From Octopus sinensis (lineage: Eukaryota): a stretch of DNA of 64,000 nucleotides. This document shows positions 1-12,785 of the stretch, one piece after another. Every line of letters starts with the position of its first letter. Positions within the stretch are counted from its first letter, which is position 1. The notes beneath the pieces are model-generated. The model did no database searches, was not told the DNA's origin, and saw only the letters and a list, made by a program, of their open reading frames with translations. The translations under genes and the position numbers were made by a program. The stretch is from contig NC_043010.1 in assembly GCF_006345805.1 (NCBI RefSeq), forward strand, positions 11,160,001 to 11,224,000. The letters are read 5' to 3'.

Positions 1-160
1 AGGATAATAATAATAATAATAACCCTACGCAAAACACTTTCAATACAGTAGCCATAAGAGCATCACAGCAAACCACAGCAAATACCTAAGGTACACAGAG
101 CTGAGCTCAGTAGTGAAGTGAAAGCATGTTATAAAAATAAAACTAATGAATAATAATAAT

Positions 161-352
161 CCTTCCTACTATAGGCACAAGGCCTGAAATTTTGGGGGAG
201 GGAGCTAGTCGATTAGATCGACCCCCAATATACAACTGGTACTTAATTTATCAAACCCGAAAGGATGAAAAGCAAAGTCGGTCTTGGCAGAATTTGAACT
301 CAGAATGTAAAGCCTTTCGCCCAGCATGCTAACGACTCTGCGAGCTCGCCAC
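161..352 (-). mobile_element. tRNA-derived SINE family B (older variant)
   Basis: Matches family B body (gaaaggatgaaaagcaaagtcg...gaatttgaactcagaa) and head end (gagctcgc) seen at 21662, 29421 and 50701. Confidence 0.75.
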
Positions 353-354
353 CT

Positions 355-620
<266 letters not shown>

Positions 621-797
621 TAATAATACTGATGTAGCATTAAATATCATGAGAAAAACAAGATTTATTAGATACTAAATTTTTACTATCTATTTATCAG
701 TTTCATCTACTAAAAAGTTGCCCAACCTGTTCTACACTACACAAAATAAGCACACACATACACACATACACACACATGCAAACAAGTGATATAATAA

Positions 798-881
<84 letters not shown>

Positions 882-1049
882 TATATCTTTATTCAAAGCA
901 GCAAACATAACCAGTACTGATCTCATGTTGCTCAACACACTCAATGGTTGGATGGCAAAAAAAAAAAATGATCAAATAGTCACAGCTGGAGTGCTTTTGA
1001 TCATCGGTCTACTCAGAGTTGACCTAGGGCTAAATAACAAGAACACCAA

Positions 1050-1530
1050 CATCGTTATCATCATCATCATCTTTTTCACTACCATCATCATCATCATCAA
1101 CTCAACCACCTCCACAACCATCACCATCACTAGCATCATCATCCCCATCACCATCATCATCATCATCATCATCATCATCACCTCCACTGCCACCATTACA
1201 TTACAACCACTACCATTAACATTATCATCTTTCTCATTACTGTCACCACCACCACCACCATCATCATCAATATCACTACCACTACCATCATTACCACTAT
1301 CATCATCATCATTATCATCATCAACATTATCATCATTATCCTTATCATCATCGTTATAATCATCTCACCACCATCCCATTGCTATCATTACAATCACTAC
1401 CATTTTCCTCATCATCTTTCTCATTACCGTCACCACCACCACCACCACCACCACCACCACCATCAACACCACCACCACAATCAGCATGATTATCGCCACC
1501 ATCATCAGTGTCACCACTACCAATATCATA
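1050..1530. repeat. (CAT)n/(CAC)n degenerate microsatellite
   Basis: Direct reading. Confidence 0.9.
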
Positions 1531-3810
1531 TTTATCCCCATAGTTAGGAAAGGATTTTTTCCTCTTGTTTTCCAGGTTAGAAAAATTATCACTATGTTGC
1601 TATATATTCTGTAACAAAATGTTTTTTTTTTGTTTCTTTTTGGTGTGGTTGTTGTTGGGAGTCCTTTTTAGGGGTTTTTAAAAGTTATCAGTTCTCCAAG
1701 TTTCTAGGAAGAGCACGGTATGTAAAAACCAGAGTAGTATGTAAAACATTCCCCTTTTATAGGTGTGCAGAACAGAACAGTAGAATGAGATTCGTTTCAT
1801 GTTTCCAATGAAATGGTATTAAAGCTACATATGAGTATTTTTCCTTTTGTGTCTCAAATTTCATGTATGCAAAGCAACCAACCGACCAACCAACCTGTTT
1901 CAGAAAGATCACACACTAGTAAATAAATTAAAAAGAAAACAATTTTATCAAGAATTACAAAACTATAAAACGCAGGTTAATCCCGAAATGATTCCGGAAA
2001 AAAAAAAAAAAAAAAAAAGAAAATGGAAGGAGAGAAAAAAAAAGATTAATGGAGATAATTAATTTGATTTCTATGAAGCTTAAGAGATTAACATAAATTT
2101 ATGGGTTTTCATTTCCCCCTGGTCAGGTTTTCTAGTAATTCATCTTATGGAAAGATGCTCTCTTGCATAAGAGCAGTAATGGAGTTTCTATGCCAGTCAT
2201 CAGATTCCATTGTCTCATTAGAATCAGCCACTTCCTGTATGGCTATATAACCCAACAGTAAATTCAGCTACTTTATTATCTTTACAAACTCTCTGATATT
2301 ATCTTCCTGTTCATAAGGTATTTCACACCTCATATCCCAATGACAAGAGGCATTCCATTATCCCCGGCAATCAAGTCAAAGCATTAGAAATAAATAATAG
2401 TAGTATTAAATAACAATGATGATGATGATGATGATGATGATAATAATGATGATGATGATGATGATGGTGATGGTGGTGGTGATAATAATCCTTTCTTTAT
2501 TATTGCTACTAGAGTGACAGCAACTACAACATCATCAACCACAATTTCTCTGTGATTCAAGCTAATTATTGGTTTTATTCTAAGAAATAATTTCAAAGAA
2601 TTAATTATTCTTCCAGAATAAATCCTATTTGTATAATAAAGATGATATTGTGAAGTAAACTCCACAGTTGTTCCATTATACAGGTTTTAGAGTATGTAAT
2701 GGAAGCGACATTTCGGTTATAATAATTCCTTGTTTCCTGGCCTATACATTAATAACCACCGTTTTCATAAATACCCAACAATAACAATAAGAAGCATAGT
2801 GTGATGCTGTTAATGCCCTTGTGTTTATTGTATATATTTGAAAATGTCATTATGATCAGAAGCAAGCTGGCTTAGAGGTTAGGATTTATGTCCACTGTCT
2901 AATAAAAATTGCAAGGTTGATCTTCAAACTCCACTCCAGGCATTTATTTGGTTCCGTTTAAAAGCGAAAGTAGGATTTATCTCAACTTTGAGAAAAAGAC
3001 TTCATTGAAATACTACGTGGGTATACTAGGGAACTAAGGTAGCACCATCGCTGTTGGCATTGTCTGCAGCAGTGGCAGCAAGTGACATCATCATCATCAT
3101 CATCATCATCATTATCATCATAGTACCACCATCAGTACCATCACTGCTGCAGCCACCACTGCCTCGTCCTTCTCCTCCTCCTCCTCCTCCTCCTTCTTTT
3201 AACTGGCATCAAGCACAATGACAGACATAGCACATTTTCATTTATGTAGAATTCGTACGGCATTGTTTCCATCACTACCATCCTTTCTGACATACAAGTT
3301 GTTGGATTTTTCAGACTAAAATTTGCAGCACCTTCGCCCATAAAATAAAGCGGATGGGGGGGATGAGGTCGACTTATACACTAAGACAACTTCAGAGGAC
3401 CAACAATTCCATGTGAAATTCAACAAGATTTAGAAATATAGTGATGATGTTTGAATGTTTACACTACATGTTTGCACTACATGTTTACACTACATGTTTA
3501 CACTACATACAACATTGATTTGTGTGCTAGAAAATACGGCACGTCTTTTCAAAGCTACATGAATTACACTGAAGGACCATTACTCTTCATCAGACATATT
3601 GTGCTTTATGAGGTTTACACCTTTAGCAGTCCTTAACTTGTAAGCAGCATACACAAGATTAATTTAGGATCATTAGAAAGAAATAGGCTGTAATCAGGCC
3701 TGGAGAAGGATAAACAGCACCAGGTTCAAAAGTGCTTAAGGTACACCATATGTCGCAACAGGACCCTTCAATTCAATCAGCTGTTTAGGATTTAAATTAA
3801 AACATTCTCT

Positions 3811-4235
3811 CGTAATGGAGTGGCTGTGTGGTAAGTAGCTTGCTAACCAACCACATGGTTCTGGGTTCAGTCCCACTGCGTGGCATCTTGTGCAAGTCTC
3901 TTCTGCTATAGCCCCGGGCTGACCAATGCCTTGTGAGTGGATTTGGTAGACGGAAACTGAAAGAAGCCTGTCGTATATATGTATATATATCTATATCTAT
4001 GTGTGTGTATATGTTTGTGTGTCTGTGTTTGTCTCCCCAATATCACTTGATAACCGATGCTGGTGTGTTTACGTCCCCGTCACTTAGCGGTTCAGCAAAA
4101 TAGACTGATAGAATAAGTATTGGGCTTACAAAGAATAAGTCCCGGGGTCGATTTGCTCGACTAAAGGCGGTGCTCCAGCATGGCCGCAGTCAAATGACTG
4201 AAACAAGTAAAAGAGTAAAAGAGTAAAAGAGAGTA
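3811..4235 (+). mobile_element. tRNA-derived SINE family A
   Basis: A box TGGCTGTGTGG, B-box-like GGTTCAGTCCC, central (TA/TG)n and (AAGAGTA)n tail; about 20 near-identical copies in window. Confidence 0.9.
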
Positions 4236-4594
4236 ATTAGTTAACTGTTAACTATGCTCCAAATGCCAACTAATTAATGATAACATTAGTCATTTAACTA
4301 AATCCATTAAATTTCTTTTGGTTAAAGAAGCCTAGGAGACAGTGTGAATTTGCCACTGATCCTGTAGTTTACCAATCTTAGAAGGATGAACAGCAAATGT
4401 GACTTCAGCAAAACTTTCTCAGTGGAAAAATATAAACGGCTAAATCTAAGTAACGGAGTGCATTTTGTCCTGATTTTACCATTCCACCTCCTTGTCGCTA
4501 TTAGTAGGGATTTTTCACTGAAAGATAAAGTTAACTTTACTGAGATTTGAACACAGAATATAATAAGTGCAGATGTGGCTGTGGGGTTAAGACA

Positions 4595-4874
4595 CTCCTG
4601 CTCCAGAGCGCCGGCTGCGGGGTCATTCCAAAAAGTTCTATCTGCGACGATTTCATCTCAATCGAAGGAGAGGGGCTTTCTCCGTCCGGGTTGTGGATCT
4701 GTGGAATAAGCTGCCGGATGAGATGAGGAAGATGCCGACGACCGCTCGGTTCAAAGTCTCCCTTGACCACAAGTGGCCTGAACTCTTTACATGAACACCA
4801 CCCTATACATAACTCCATGTCCCCCTACATGGCCTTGCTTTTTGCTTTTTGAGCCAAAAAATTAACTAACTAAC
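4595..4874 (+). mobile_element. 5'-truncated CR1-clade LINE 3' end inserted in an old SINE A head
   Basis: 4600-4794 reads APERRLRGHSKKFYLRRFHLNRRRGAFSVRVVDLWNKLPDEMRKMPTTARFKVSLDHKWPELFT*, the RGH..RVV..WN.LP..FK..LD C-terminus of CR1/L2-group ORF2; (TAAC)n tail; SINE head resumes after 4874. Confidence 0.85.
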
Positions 4875-5526
4875 CATGTGGTTTTGAGTTCATGCAGTAC
4901 TCTGGGCAAGAATATGCTTCTATAGTCCCAGGTTCACCAAAGCCTTGTGATTGAATTTGATAGATGGAAACACAAAGAAATCTAATTATGTATGTGTGTG
5001 TGTGTGTGTTGTGTGTGTGTGTGTGTATGTATAAGATGAACAAAGGTGTATGTACGCTGCTATATGTATATATAAATATAAAAAAATGGAACAAAAATAC
5101 AATAGAGGACAATAAATCATCCAGACAAAAAGACTATACAAAAGCGGACAAGAAAAACAACAATTAGAGGGACAGGAAAAAAAGGATGGTTCATTCATGG
5201 CCTTCTTTCGTCAGTTAAGTTACCAGATGTCCTTACAGTTTCGGTCAGTTACACTTGAGACTGTTCGATCTGGTTGCCCTCAAAAAAGTCTATGCTAAGA
5301 GCCTTAGATATTTTTTGTAAGAAGGCTAGCGAATGTGTACAACAACAAAGACAAAAAAACGGAGAACATGGTACACAATTGGTGGTGGTGGTGATGATGG
5401 TGGTGGTGGTGGTGATGATGGTGGTGGTGGTTGTGGTGGTGGTGGTGATGATGAATGTAAAGCAACCCAACCAAGTATAAACTAAGTATTGTGAAGTATT
5501 TGACTCTACCATTTTAATCAATAATA

Positions 5527-5987
5527 CAATACTGGGATCTTTTCGGTTTCAACAGCAGTTTTTAAAATAATTTCCCCGTAACTAAACACTTTTAAACTTC
5601 GTATACTGGTAGAATGTGTTTATAAAACATCTTATTCTCTTGGCTTTATTGAGAAAATTCTATAGTTTGTAAGATATTTGTTGTTGTTTTTTCTTCAATT
5701 TCTGCAATTTCAACCTATCAATGACATCCATTGAGGTTAAAAACATTCTGTGCCGAATGAATATGTCCCTCGTTTAAGAAACAGATTGGGCATATTTACA
5801 TTTCTGAAGAAAAAAAGATACCCTTCCCCCAGCCCTAACCATAACCCTAAACCTAACCCTAACTAACCCTAACCCTAAAACAGATTGAAATGCAATAGAT
5901 CAATACTAGGGTCATAATTATGGGTGACAATTTCATATGACACTGCTAGAAAAAACTGCCGTTCAAACCAAAATGATCCCAATACTG
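5527..5987. mobile_element. Non-autonomous TIR DNA transposon (MITE) with internal CCCTAA-like repeats
   Basis: About 38-bp imperfect TIRs (caatactgggatcttttcggtttcaacagcagttttt vs reverse complement of aaaaactgccgttcaaaccaaaatgatcccaatactg); ccctaa-like run at 5833-5878. Confidence 0.75.
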
Positions 5988-6651
5988 ATTTTAAATGTTG
6001 GCATAAGACCAGCAATTTTGGGAGAGGAAGTAAGTCTACATCACTCCCCAATCCCCAGTGTTCAACTGGTACTTATTTGATTTATCTCAAGAGGATAAAG
6101 GGCAAAGTTGACCTTGGTAGAATTTGAACTCAGAACACAAAAGACAGATGAAATGCCACTAAGTATTTCTGCAAGGTTGGTACCTTAATCAATGATATAA
6201 TATTATTCCGATGACTCAGGTAATGGGAAAGATCCAGGAGAAGGAATTAATGAGGAACAGCTGCCCTTTAGCACAGATGAACTGGTATGGCCAACTGGAC
6301 ATTCAACCCATTTTGGTGACAGCTTATTTTGGCACTGGCGGCGCACAAACACACACATGCATGCATGTGTAGAAATATGCACGTACAGTGAGAGAGAGAG
6401 AGAGAGAGGGAGGGAGGGAGAGACACAGATAGAGAGAAAGGAGGGAGGAGACTAAAGGAAACATTGAAATTTCTGATGACATAAATGTCGCTGTTGAATC
6501 AGTAACACCAAACCGACAGACGGGGCCAAAATGGCTGTGACAAAAGATTTCATGTCCAAGATTCAGTTATAACCCATGTACTGTATAATAGCCATAACAC
6601 ATGCAGTCACACAGCATGCATACACATGTGCATATACAGTCACACAGATTG

Positions 6652-6695
<44 letters not shown>

Positions 6696-6779
6696 CATAC
6701 TCACATATGCACAGATACAAATAAAACAACGGTAGTAATTAAAACACAATAGCCTTCCGACATAGAAAAAAGTCCTTAA

Positions 6780-7000
6780 CCCTTTCATTATCAACCCGGC
6801 TGAAACCGGTTCTGGTTCTGAGTACAAATGTCTTGTTTTCATAAGTTTGTAATTGAAATCTTCCACCAAACCTTAGTTACAATTTATGTTCCTAACACTA
6901 GCTTGAGGATAACTAAGTTATTTTACTAAATTCTTTGTTATATTTAAAATTAATTGAAACAAACACAGATCGTCTCAACAGAAATAAGGTAACAAAAGGG
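6780..7000. mobile_element. piggyBac-like MITE, copy 1
   Basis: TTAA|CCCTTT...AAAGGG|TTAA termini; near-identical to 7032-7251 and 12554-12765. Confidence 0.85.
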
Positions 7001-7031
7001 TTAAAATATATAATAGAGAAACAATTCTTAA

Positions 7032-7251
7032 CCCTTTTGATACCAACCTGGCTGAAACCGGTTCTGGCTCTGAGTACAAATGTCTTGTTTTCATAAGTTT
7101 GTAATTGAAATCTTCCACCAAACCTTAGTCGCAATTTATATTCCTAATACTAGCTTAATGATAACTAAGTTGTTTTATTAAATTCTTTGTTATATTTAAA
7201 GTAATTGAAAGAAACACAGAACATCTCAAAATAAATACAGTAACAAAAGGG
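7032..7251. mobile_element. piggyBac-like MITE, copy 2
   Basis: TTAA at 7028-7031 and 7252-7255; CCCTTTT/AAAAGGG ends. Confidence 0.85.
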
Positions 7252-8113
7252 TTAAATATAAGTAAGATATAGTACATAGTGAATTATATCAACCCTGTAC
7301 ATACCCGGTACTTGATTTCATCAATCTCTTTCCTCTAAGGATAAAATTCAGAACTGACCTTAGTAAGAATTGAACTCAGAACATAACAAGTATAATTAAA
7401 TACTACAAAGTATTTTATCAGCATCTGACTAGAAAGAAAAACCCTCTTTCGCTTATTAATCTGTATTCTCAAGAAAGGTAATCACATCAAAAATATATTT
7501 CAAACTTTAAAAATGTTCCCCCAGGCTACCAATATTACAACTATTAGTCTTTTAATGAATGCCAATAACTTCATCAACAATCTATAACAGAATGTGTGTC
7601 TGGTAGGCAATGTGTTATTTCTTGAAGATTTCTGTGTTGCCTTTGAAAATATATAACTGTAGAACTAACATCAATGAAGTATATAAAATATATCTCTCAG
7701 ATTATTGATATTCTTACAAGGTTTAGAAAGATCTTGCCTTTGTTCTAGTAAAAGCTTTGGTTTTATTATGCTCTGTAATAGAAGCAGAGTTCAACAAAAT
7801 TGACCAACCCAGGACCTGGAGAGCCAATGAAAAGCATAATTATCTGTGAAGTCCTCTCTCTAAAAGGACAACCTAAAGCTTCCTTCAAATTTTAGAAGAC
7901 CCCTACTCTTCTCGAGGTTCAAAGCAGACCTGTCCAACTGCGTTAAATTTGTCTCAGAGGCCAGAAACAGCAGTTCTCAACCTTTGGGTTGCCGTATAAT
8001 TCTGAAAGTGTCATGAATACAAAATCTTTTAATTTAGAAATGTTTGATAGAATGTAAAATGTTCATGAACTTGTTGTACAATAAAGCATAGGAATAGGGG
8101 CCACAACACAACA

Positions 8114-8508
8114 TCTTTATATATAAAAGAAAGGTTGTGTGTCAGTCTACTCCGATTTAGATTCCTAACTACTCCCACATTTTGCGTTGCAGTTTAACCA
8201 AAAGCGGGTATCTTATAGTCGTGATTCATATCGAGCCCTTCTGGGTATTAGTATGGGTCTATGATGAGTCTACAATTTTAAAAAGAATTTACCATCATTT
8301 TTTTCCATTTTAATGCATATTTTTTTAAATATAAGGGAAGTAACTCTCTAAAAATGTCTACGATGAGTCAACGATTTAAAAAAAAATTTACCATAATTTT
8401 TTTTCCATTTTTAATGCATTTTTTGCTATTCTTTTGGCTATAACTCTCTAAAAATGCTTTATAGTTATTTCTCTTACAAACCCGAGCAACGCCGGGCGAT
8501 ACTGCTAG
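8114..8508 (+). mobile_element. Non-autonomous Helitron
   Basis: A|TC 5' end (tctttatatataaaag), subterminal hairpin cccgagcaacgccggg, 3' CTAG|T, no TSD. Confidence 0.8.
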
Positions 8509-9302
8509 TTTACTATAAACAAAGACCGTGGAATGTTTCCTCAAGAAGAAATATCATATGTTAATTATGCCCCATTGTTGGAAAAATTGTTTTTTTTTTG
8601 TTCAAGTATTTTGAAAATCTAAAAGAAAAAAGGTAAAAAGAATGGTCACAGAAGGTTACTGATTTGCTAGAGTTGCAATAGTAAAAGATTAGGAAGTTCT
8701 GCACTATAGCATAAAATATATCATTATAAAAAGTGTTTGCTTCCTATAATACTGTCAAAACAAATAAAACAAAAAGATAATAACAAATGAAAATAAACAC
8801 TATAGTCATATATCTCCGACCAGTTGATGCAACAACTATTAATGTTATGTAGTAAGATATAATAGTAATAACACCTTGAGTAGGACACACTAGTCTTAGT
8901 ACTGTTAACATAACTTGTTAGGTATTGCGGTATTAATCACTGTGTTTTTACTTTAGACATCTTTATAGCAGAATGGAATCTGAATATGAAAGGTGGGGAA
9001 AATAGCATTCATGTCTTGGTCTCCATAACTCAGAATCTTATTTTTATATTAGTAGATATTACAAAATTAAATTACACCCATAGCATTTGATATCTCCATA
9101 ATTATTTGAAGTTTAAGTATGTTGTAGTAATAATGCATCACTCCAACAACATTTGAGTTTATCTTTACAGACACTGTATAAAATATGTTCAGAATCTATT
9201 TTTCACACTTCTCAAAGTATTCTGAGCATATCTTAAAAAATACTATGGAATTTTGCCAATAGTTTAGCAATATAAACTTGTCAGTAGTTTCCCACTACAT
9301 AC

Positions 9303-9462
9303 CTGATATCTCTTCATAATGTTTGGCCTTTGCATCACTGCTATAACTTGTGTTATCCATTTGACAGGACACTATATTGCTTGAAGTATCATGGAAACCC
9401 ACAGAGCTTTCTTCAATTCCTCTCACATCTGACCTCATCACTACCTCCTGGATACGCATTTG
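9303..9462 (-). CDS. Candidate internal exon of unidentified gene (phase 0 to 1): QMRIQEVVMRSDVRGIEESSVGFHDTSSNIVSCQMDNTSYSSDAKAKHYEEIS
   Basis: Acceptor gtttttcctgtgctccattaacag, donor CAG|gtatgt, 160 nt with only one open frame; no homology recognised. Confidence 0.4.
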
Positions 9463-9939
9463 CTGTTAATGGAGCACAGGAAAAACTTCGTAAGATAGAC
9501 AAATAGCAGATATCAGCTACATATTAGTAATACTAACATGACAATACTAAAAGGTAAAAACTAAATGACAATGCTAAACAGTAATAGCAAATAAAACCTA
9601 TACACTAAAATTCCTTTTGCAGGGACATCATACAACAAAAATAAAATATATAGTATACGATACGTCAATACTACAAAGCAATAAAAGAGATGTCTCATAA
9701 TCCACATTGGACTGTAAGGACACCATTAAAAATTTCAATGAAATCTTTAGGCAGCGTTGTACAAAAGATCAAGTCAACCAGGCAGAACCCAACTCAATTT
9801 CTACACTTCCACCGAATTGTGGAATACTTGACATATCAGTTTGTTAATTATTTAAATGGTGTTTGTAAATAAGGTTTAACGAACTAGTGGTCAAGCAAAA
9901 TACTAATTTCTAAAACATTCTTCTTTTTCTTTTATTGCA

Positions 9940-9942
9940 GGG

Positions 9943-9977
<35 letters not shown>

Positions 9978-10001
9978 TATATATATATGTGTATGTATAT
10001 G

Positions 10002-10035
<34 letters not shown>

Positions 10036-10046
10036 ATATGTGTATG

Positions 10047-10100
<54 letters not shown>

Positions 10101-10119
10101 ATATATATGTATATATATG

Positions 10120-10188
<69 letters not shown>

Positions 10189-10198
10189 TATATATAAG
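9940..10198. repeat. (TA)n/(TG)n compound microsatellite
   Basis: Direct reading. Confidence 0.95.
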
Positions 10199-10203
10199 AA
10201 TTA

Positions 10204-10709
10204 AAATGGAGGACAAGAGATGGAACGAACCGACGAATCAAAAACGAACCCGACGCGAGGCGCTGTCAGACAATAATGTAATAATTAGAATATATGCATA
10301 AATACAAACATATATGTACGTACCTACATCTACAAGTATATATACATGCATATATAAATAAATATACGTGAGTACAGGACACCACAACAGGATGTAGAAA
10401 CGGGAAAAACAAAATTATAACAAGAAAATAAGGAAAGGTCCCCGGTCATCAGCTGTCGCTAGTTAGATTCAAGCGTGTTTCGAAGGCGAGACAGGTCTTC
10501 GAAACACGCTTGAGTCTAACTAGCGACAGCTGATGACCGGGGACCTTTCCTTATTTTCTTGTTATAATTTTGTTGTTCCCGTTTCTACATCCTGTTGTGG
10601 TGTCCTGTACTCACGTATATTTATTTATATATGCATGTATATATACTTGTAGATGTAGGTATGTACATATATGTTTGTATGTATGCATATATTCTAATTA
10701 TTACATTAT
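10204..10709. mobile_element. Long palindromic element (213-bp arms, 11-nt spacer), probable Penelope-like derivative
   Basis: Arms 10273-10485 and 10497-10709 differ at 4 positions; single-arm relatives at about 45290-45510 and 57440-57545; contains GAAAC and CTGATGA boxes; Penelope assignment is inference. Confidence 0.7.
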
Positions 10710-11009
10710 ATATATATATATCATCATCATAATCATCATCATTTTATATCTACTTTTCAGGCTGGTATGGGTTGCATGGATCAATACAGTCTAAGTCAGT
10801 TCTTATTTGGAATTACAACACCACGGGAAGGGTTAGAAGATGGTATCTTGTCTGAGCAGTCTATTATTTGCATGGTTTCTATGTCTGGATTTCTATCGTA
10901 ATATCAGACATTTTACAAAATGTACTTGGTGTATTTTATTATGACATCAGCACAGGTGAAGTTGCTTTGTATCCTAAATGACTAAAGAATCTTCATTACC
11001 CTTTGATAT

Positions 11010-11144
11010 CTCAGTGTGTGTGTGTCTGTGTGTGTATGTGTGTGTATGTGTATGTGTGTATTTGTATGTATGTATATATGGATGTCTATATATGCATATC
11101 GATCTATCTATCTATCTATCTATCAATCAATCTATCTATTCACA

Positions 11145-11178
<34 letters not shown>

Positions 11179-11181
11179 CAT

Positions 11182-11212
<31 letters not shown>

Positions 11213-11302
11213 TATACATACATACATACATACATACATACATACATACATACATACATACATACATACATACATACATACATGCATACATATATACATA
11301 CA
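11010..11302. repeat. (TG)n/(TCTA)n/(CATA)n microsatellite
   Basis: Direct reading. Confidence 0.95.
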
Positions 11303-11609
11303 TAATAGTTGGCTGCCAAAGGCAGTAATGTATAGATTTATACACCACATTATGAAGTATCATTGAAGTTTTAATACAGAGACATTATGCTACATTGAAA
11401 GTTTTTTCCTTTGAGTTATTTGACATCAAATTTGCCCTTTATTATCACAGACTTAATAAAATAAGGTACCAACCAAGTACTAAAGTTGATTTAATTACTG
11501 ATGAAATTTCCATAGAATTTGTGTTCATTTGCTAATATTAAAAATTAATATCATTTAATCTAGTTAATATTTTAGGTACGTGACTTACTTACCCTAATCA
11601 GAAACTCAC

Positions 11610-11693
11610 AGCTGGCCCCTGAGTAACTTTAGCTGAGTAAACACCGTTGGAGGCATTTGGATCCAGTTCTTTATAGTTTGAGAATAACATTAC
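11610..11693 (-). CDS. Candidate internal exon (phase 0 to 0): VMLFSNYKELDPNASNGVYSAKVTQGPA
   Basis: Acceptor ...ccaaaacag, donor GCT|gtgagt, 84 nt, single open frame, phase-compatible with 9303-9462. Confidence 0.35.
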
Positions 11694-11823
11694 CTGTTTT
11701 GGAGGCCCCCCAAAAAAAGATTATATGAAACACTCACTCTCCCAGTGGTGTAGCTAGAATGTGGACTGCCCAGGGCACCCCTTGAGCTTGCTGCCACCCT
11801 GCCCCTGTTCTCTGTACAGACTC

Positions 11824-12203
11824 ATGGAAGCACTCCGTCGGTTACGACGACGAGGGTTCCGGTTGATCCGATCAACGGAACAGCCTGCTCGTGAAATTAA
11901 CGTGTAAGTGGCTGAGCATTCCACAGACACGTGTACCCTTAACGTAGTTCTCGGGGATATTCAGCGTGACACAGTGAGTGACAAGGCCGGCCCTTTGAAA
12001 TACAGGTACAACAGAAACAGGAAGTAAGAGAGAAAGTTGTGGTGAAAGAGTACAGCAGGGATCACCACCATCCCCTGCCGGAGCCTCGTGGAGCTTTAGG
12101 TGTTTTCGCTCAATAAACACTCACAATGCCTGGTCTGGGAATCGAAACCATGATCCTATGACCGCGAGTCCGCTGCCCTAACCACTGGGCCATTGTGCCT
12201 CCA
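11824..12203 (-). mobile_element. tRNA-derived SINE family C
   Basis: Minus-strand head tggaggcacaatggcccagtggttagggcagcggactcgcgg...ggtttcgattcccag (A and B boxes); copies at 19363 and 39381. Confidence 0.9.
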
Positions 12204-12349
12204 CTGTATTGACATATAATATGTGTTTTGTGGCAATCAATCTATGAATTTGAGAGGAAACTTAACCTGGTTTTTCTAAAGCACCATGACAAGGTTCAAC
12301 CCTTGTTGCAGTGTGACGACTTGTAAAAAAAAGGTAAAGGTTATTTTCT

Positions 12350-12785
12350 GAAATCATGCCAACTCATAAGGGTCAGTTTCCCAGCTTCATGGCATATAAA
12401 TTCCTTACCTGTCACAGGATTACTCATTTTTGTCAGCTGACTGAACAGGAGCAATGTGAAATGAAGTGTTTTGCTCAAGAACACAACGTGTCACCCAGTC
12501 CAGGAATTGAAACCACAAACTTATGATCACGAGTCCAACATCCTGACCATTAACCCTTTCATTACCAACCCGGCTGAAACCAGCTCTGGCTCTTTAGTAT
12601 AAATGTCTTGTTTTCATAACTTTTGAATTCAAATCTTCCACCAAATCCTAGTCACAATTTATGTTCCCAACACTAGCTGAATGATAACTAAGTTATTTTA
12701 CTAAATAATTGAACGTAATTGAAAGAAACACAGAACATCTCAAAATAAATACAGTAACAAAAGGGTTAAGCCACAGATCTCCACT
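12350..12785 (-). mobile_element. Older tRNA SINE (family D) interrupted by a piggyBac-like MITE
   Basis: Head tggagatctgtggcttaa|tggtcaggatgttggactcgtg rejoins after removing the MITE and one TTAA. Confidence 0.7.
12554..12765. mobile_element. piggyBac-like MITE, copy 3
   Basis: TTAA duplication at 12550-12553 and 12766-12769. Confidence 0.9.

Noticed and set aside
5236-5325. Exon candidates on both strands
   Set aside because: Equally plausible open frames and splice sites in both orientations show that chance calls are easy here.
5833-5878. True telomere
   Set aside because: Short, degenerate and internal to a TIR element.
7790-7870. IIMLFIGSPGPG P-loop-like peptide
   Set aside because: Lacks GKT/S and has a short open frame with no supporting context.
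9932-11366. Many YI/HT/MYVC ORFs here and throughout the track
   Set aside because: Di- and tetranucleotide repeat artefacts.
11824-12203. tRNA genes at SINE heads
   Set aside because: A and B boxes are present but no complete cloverleaf; they continue into SINE bodies.
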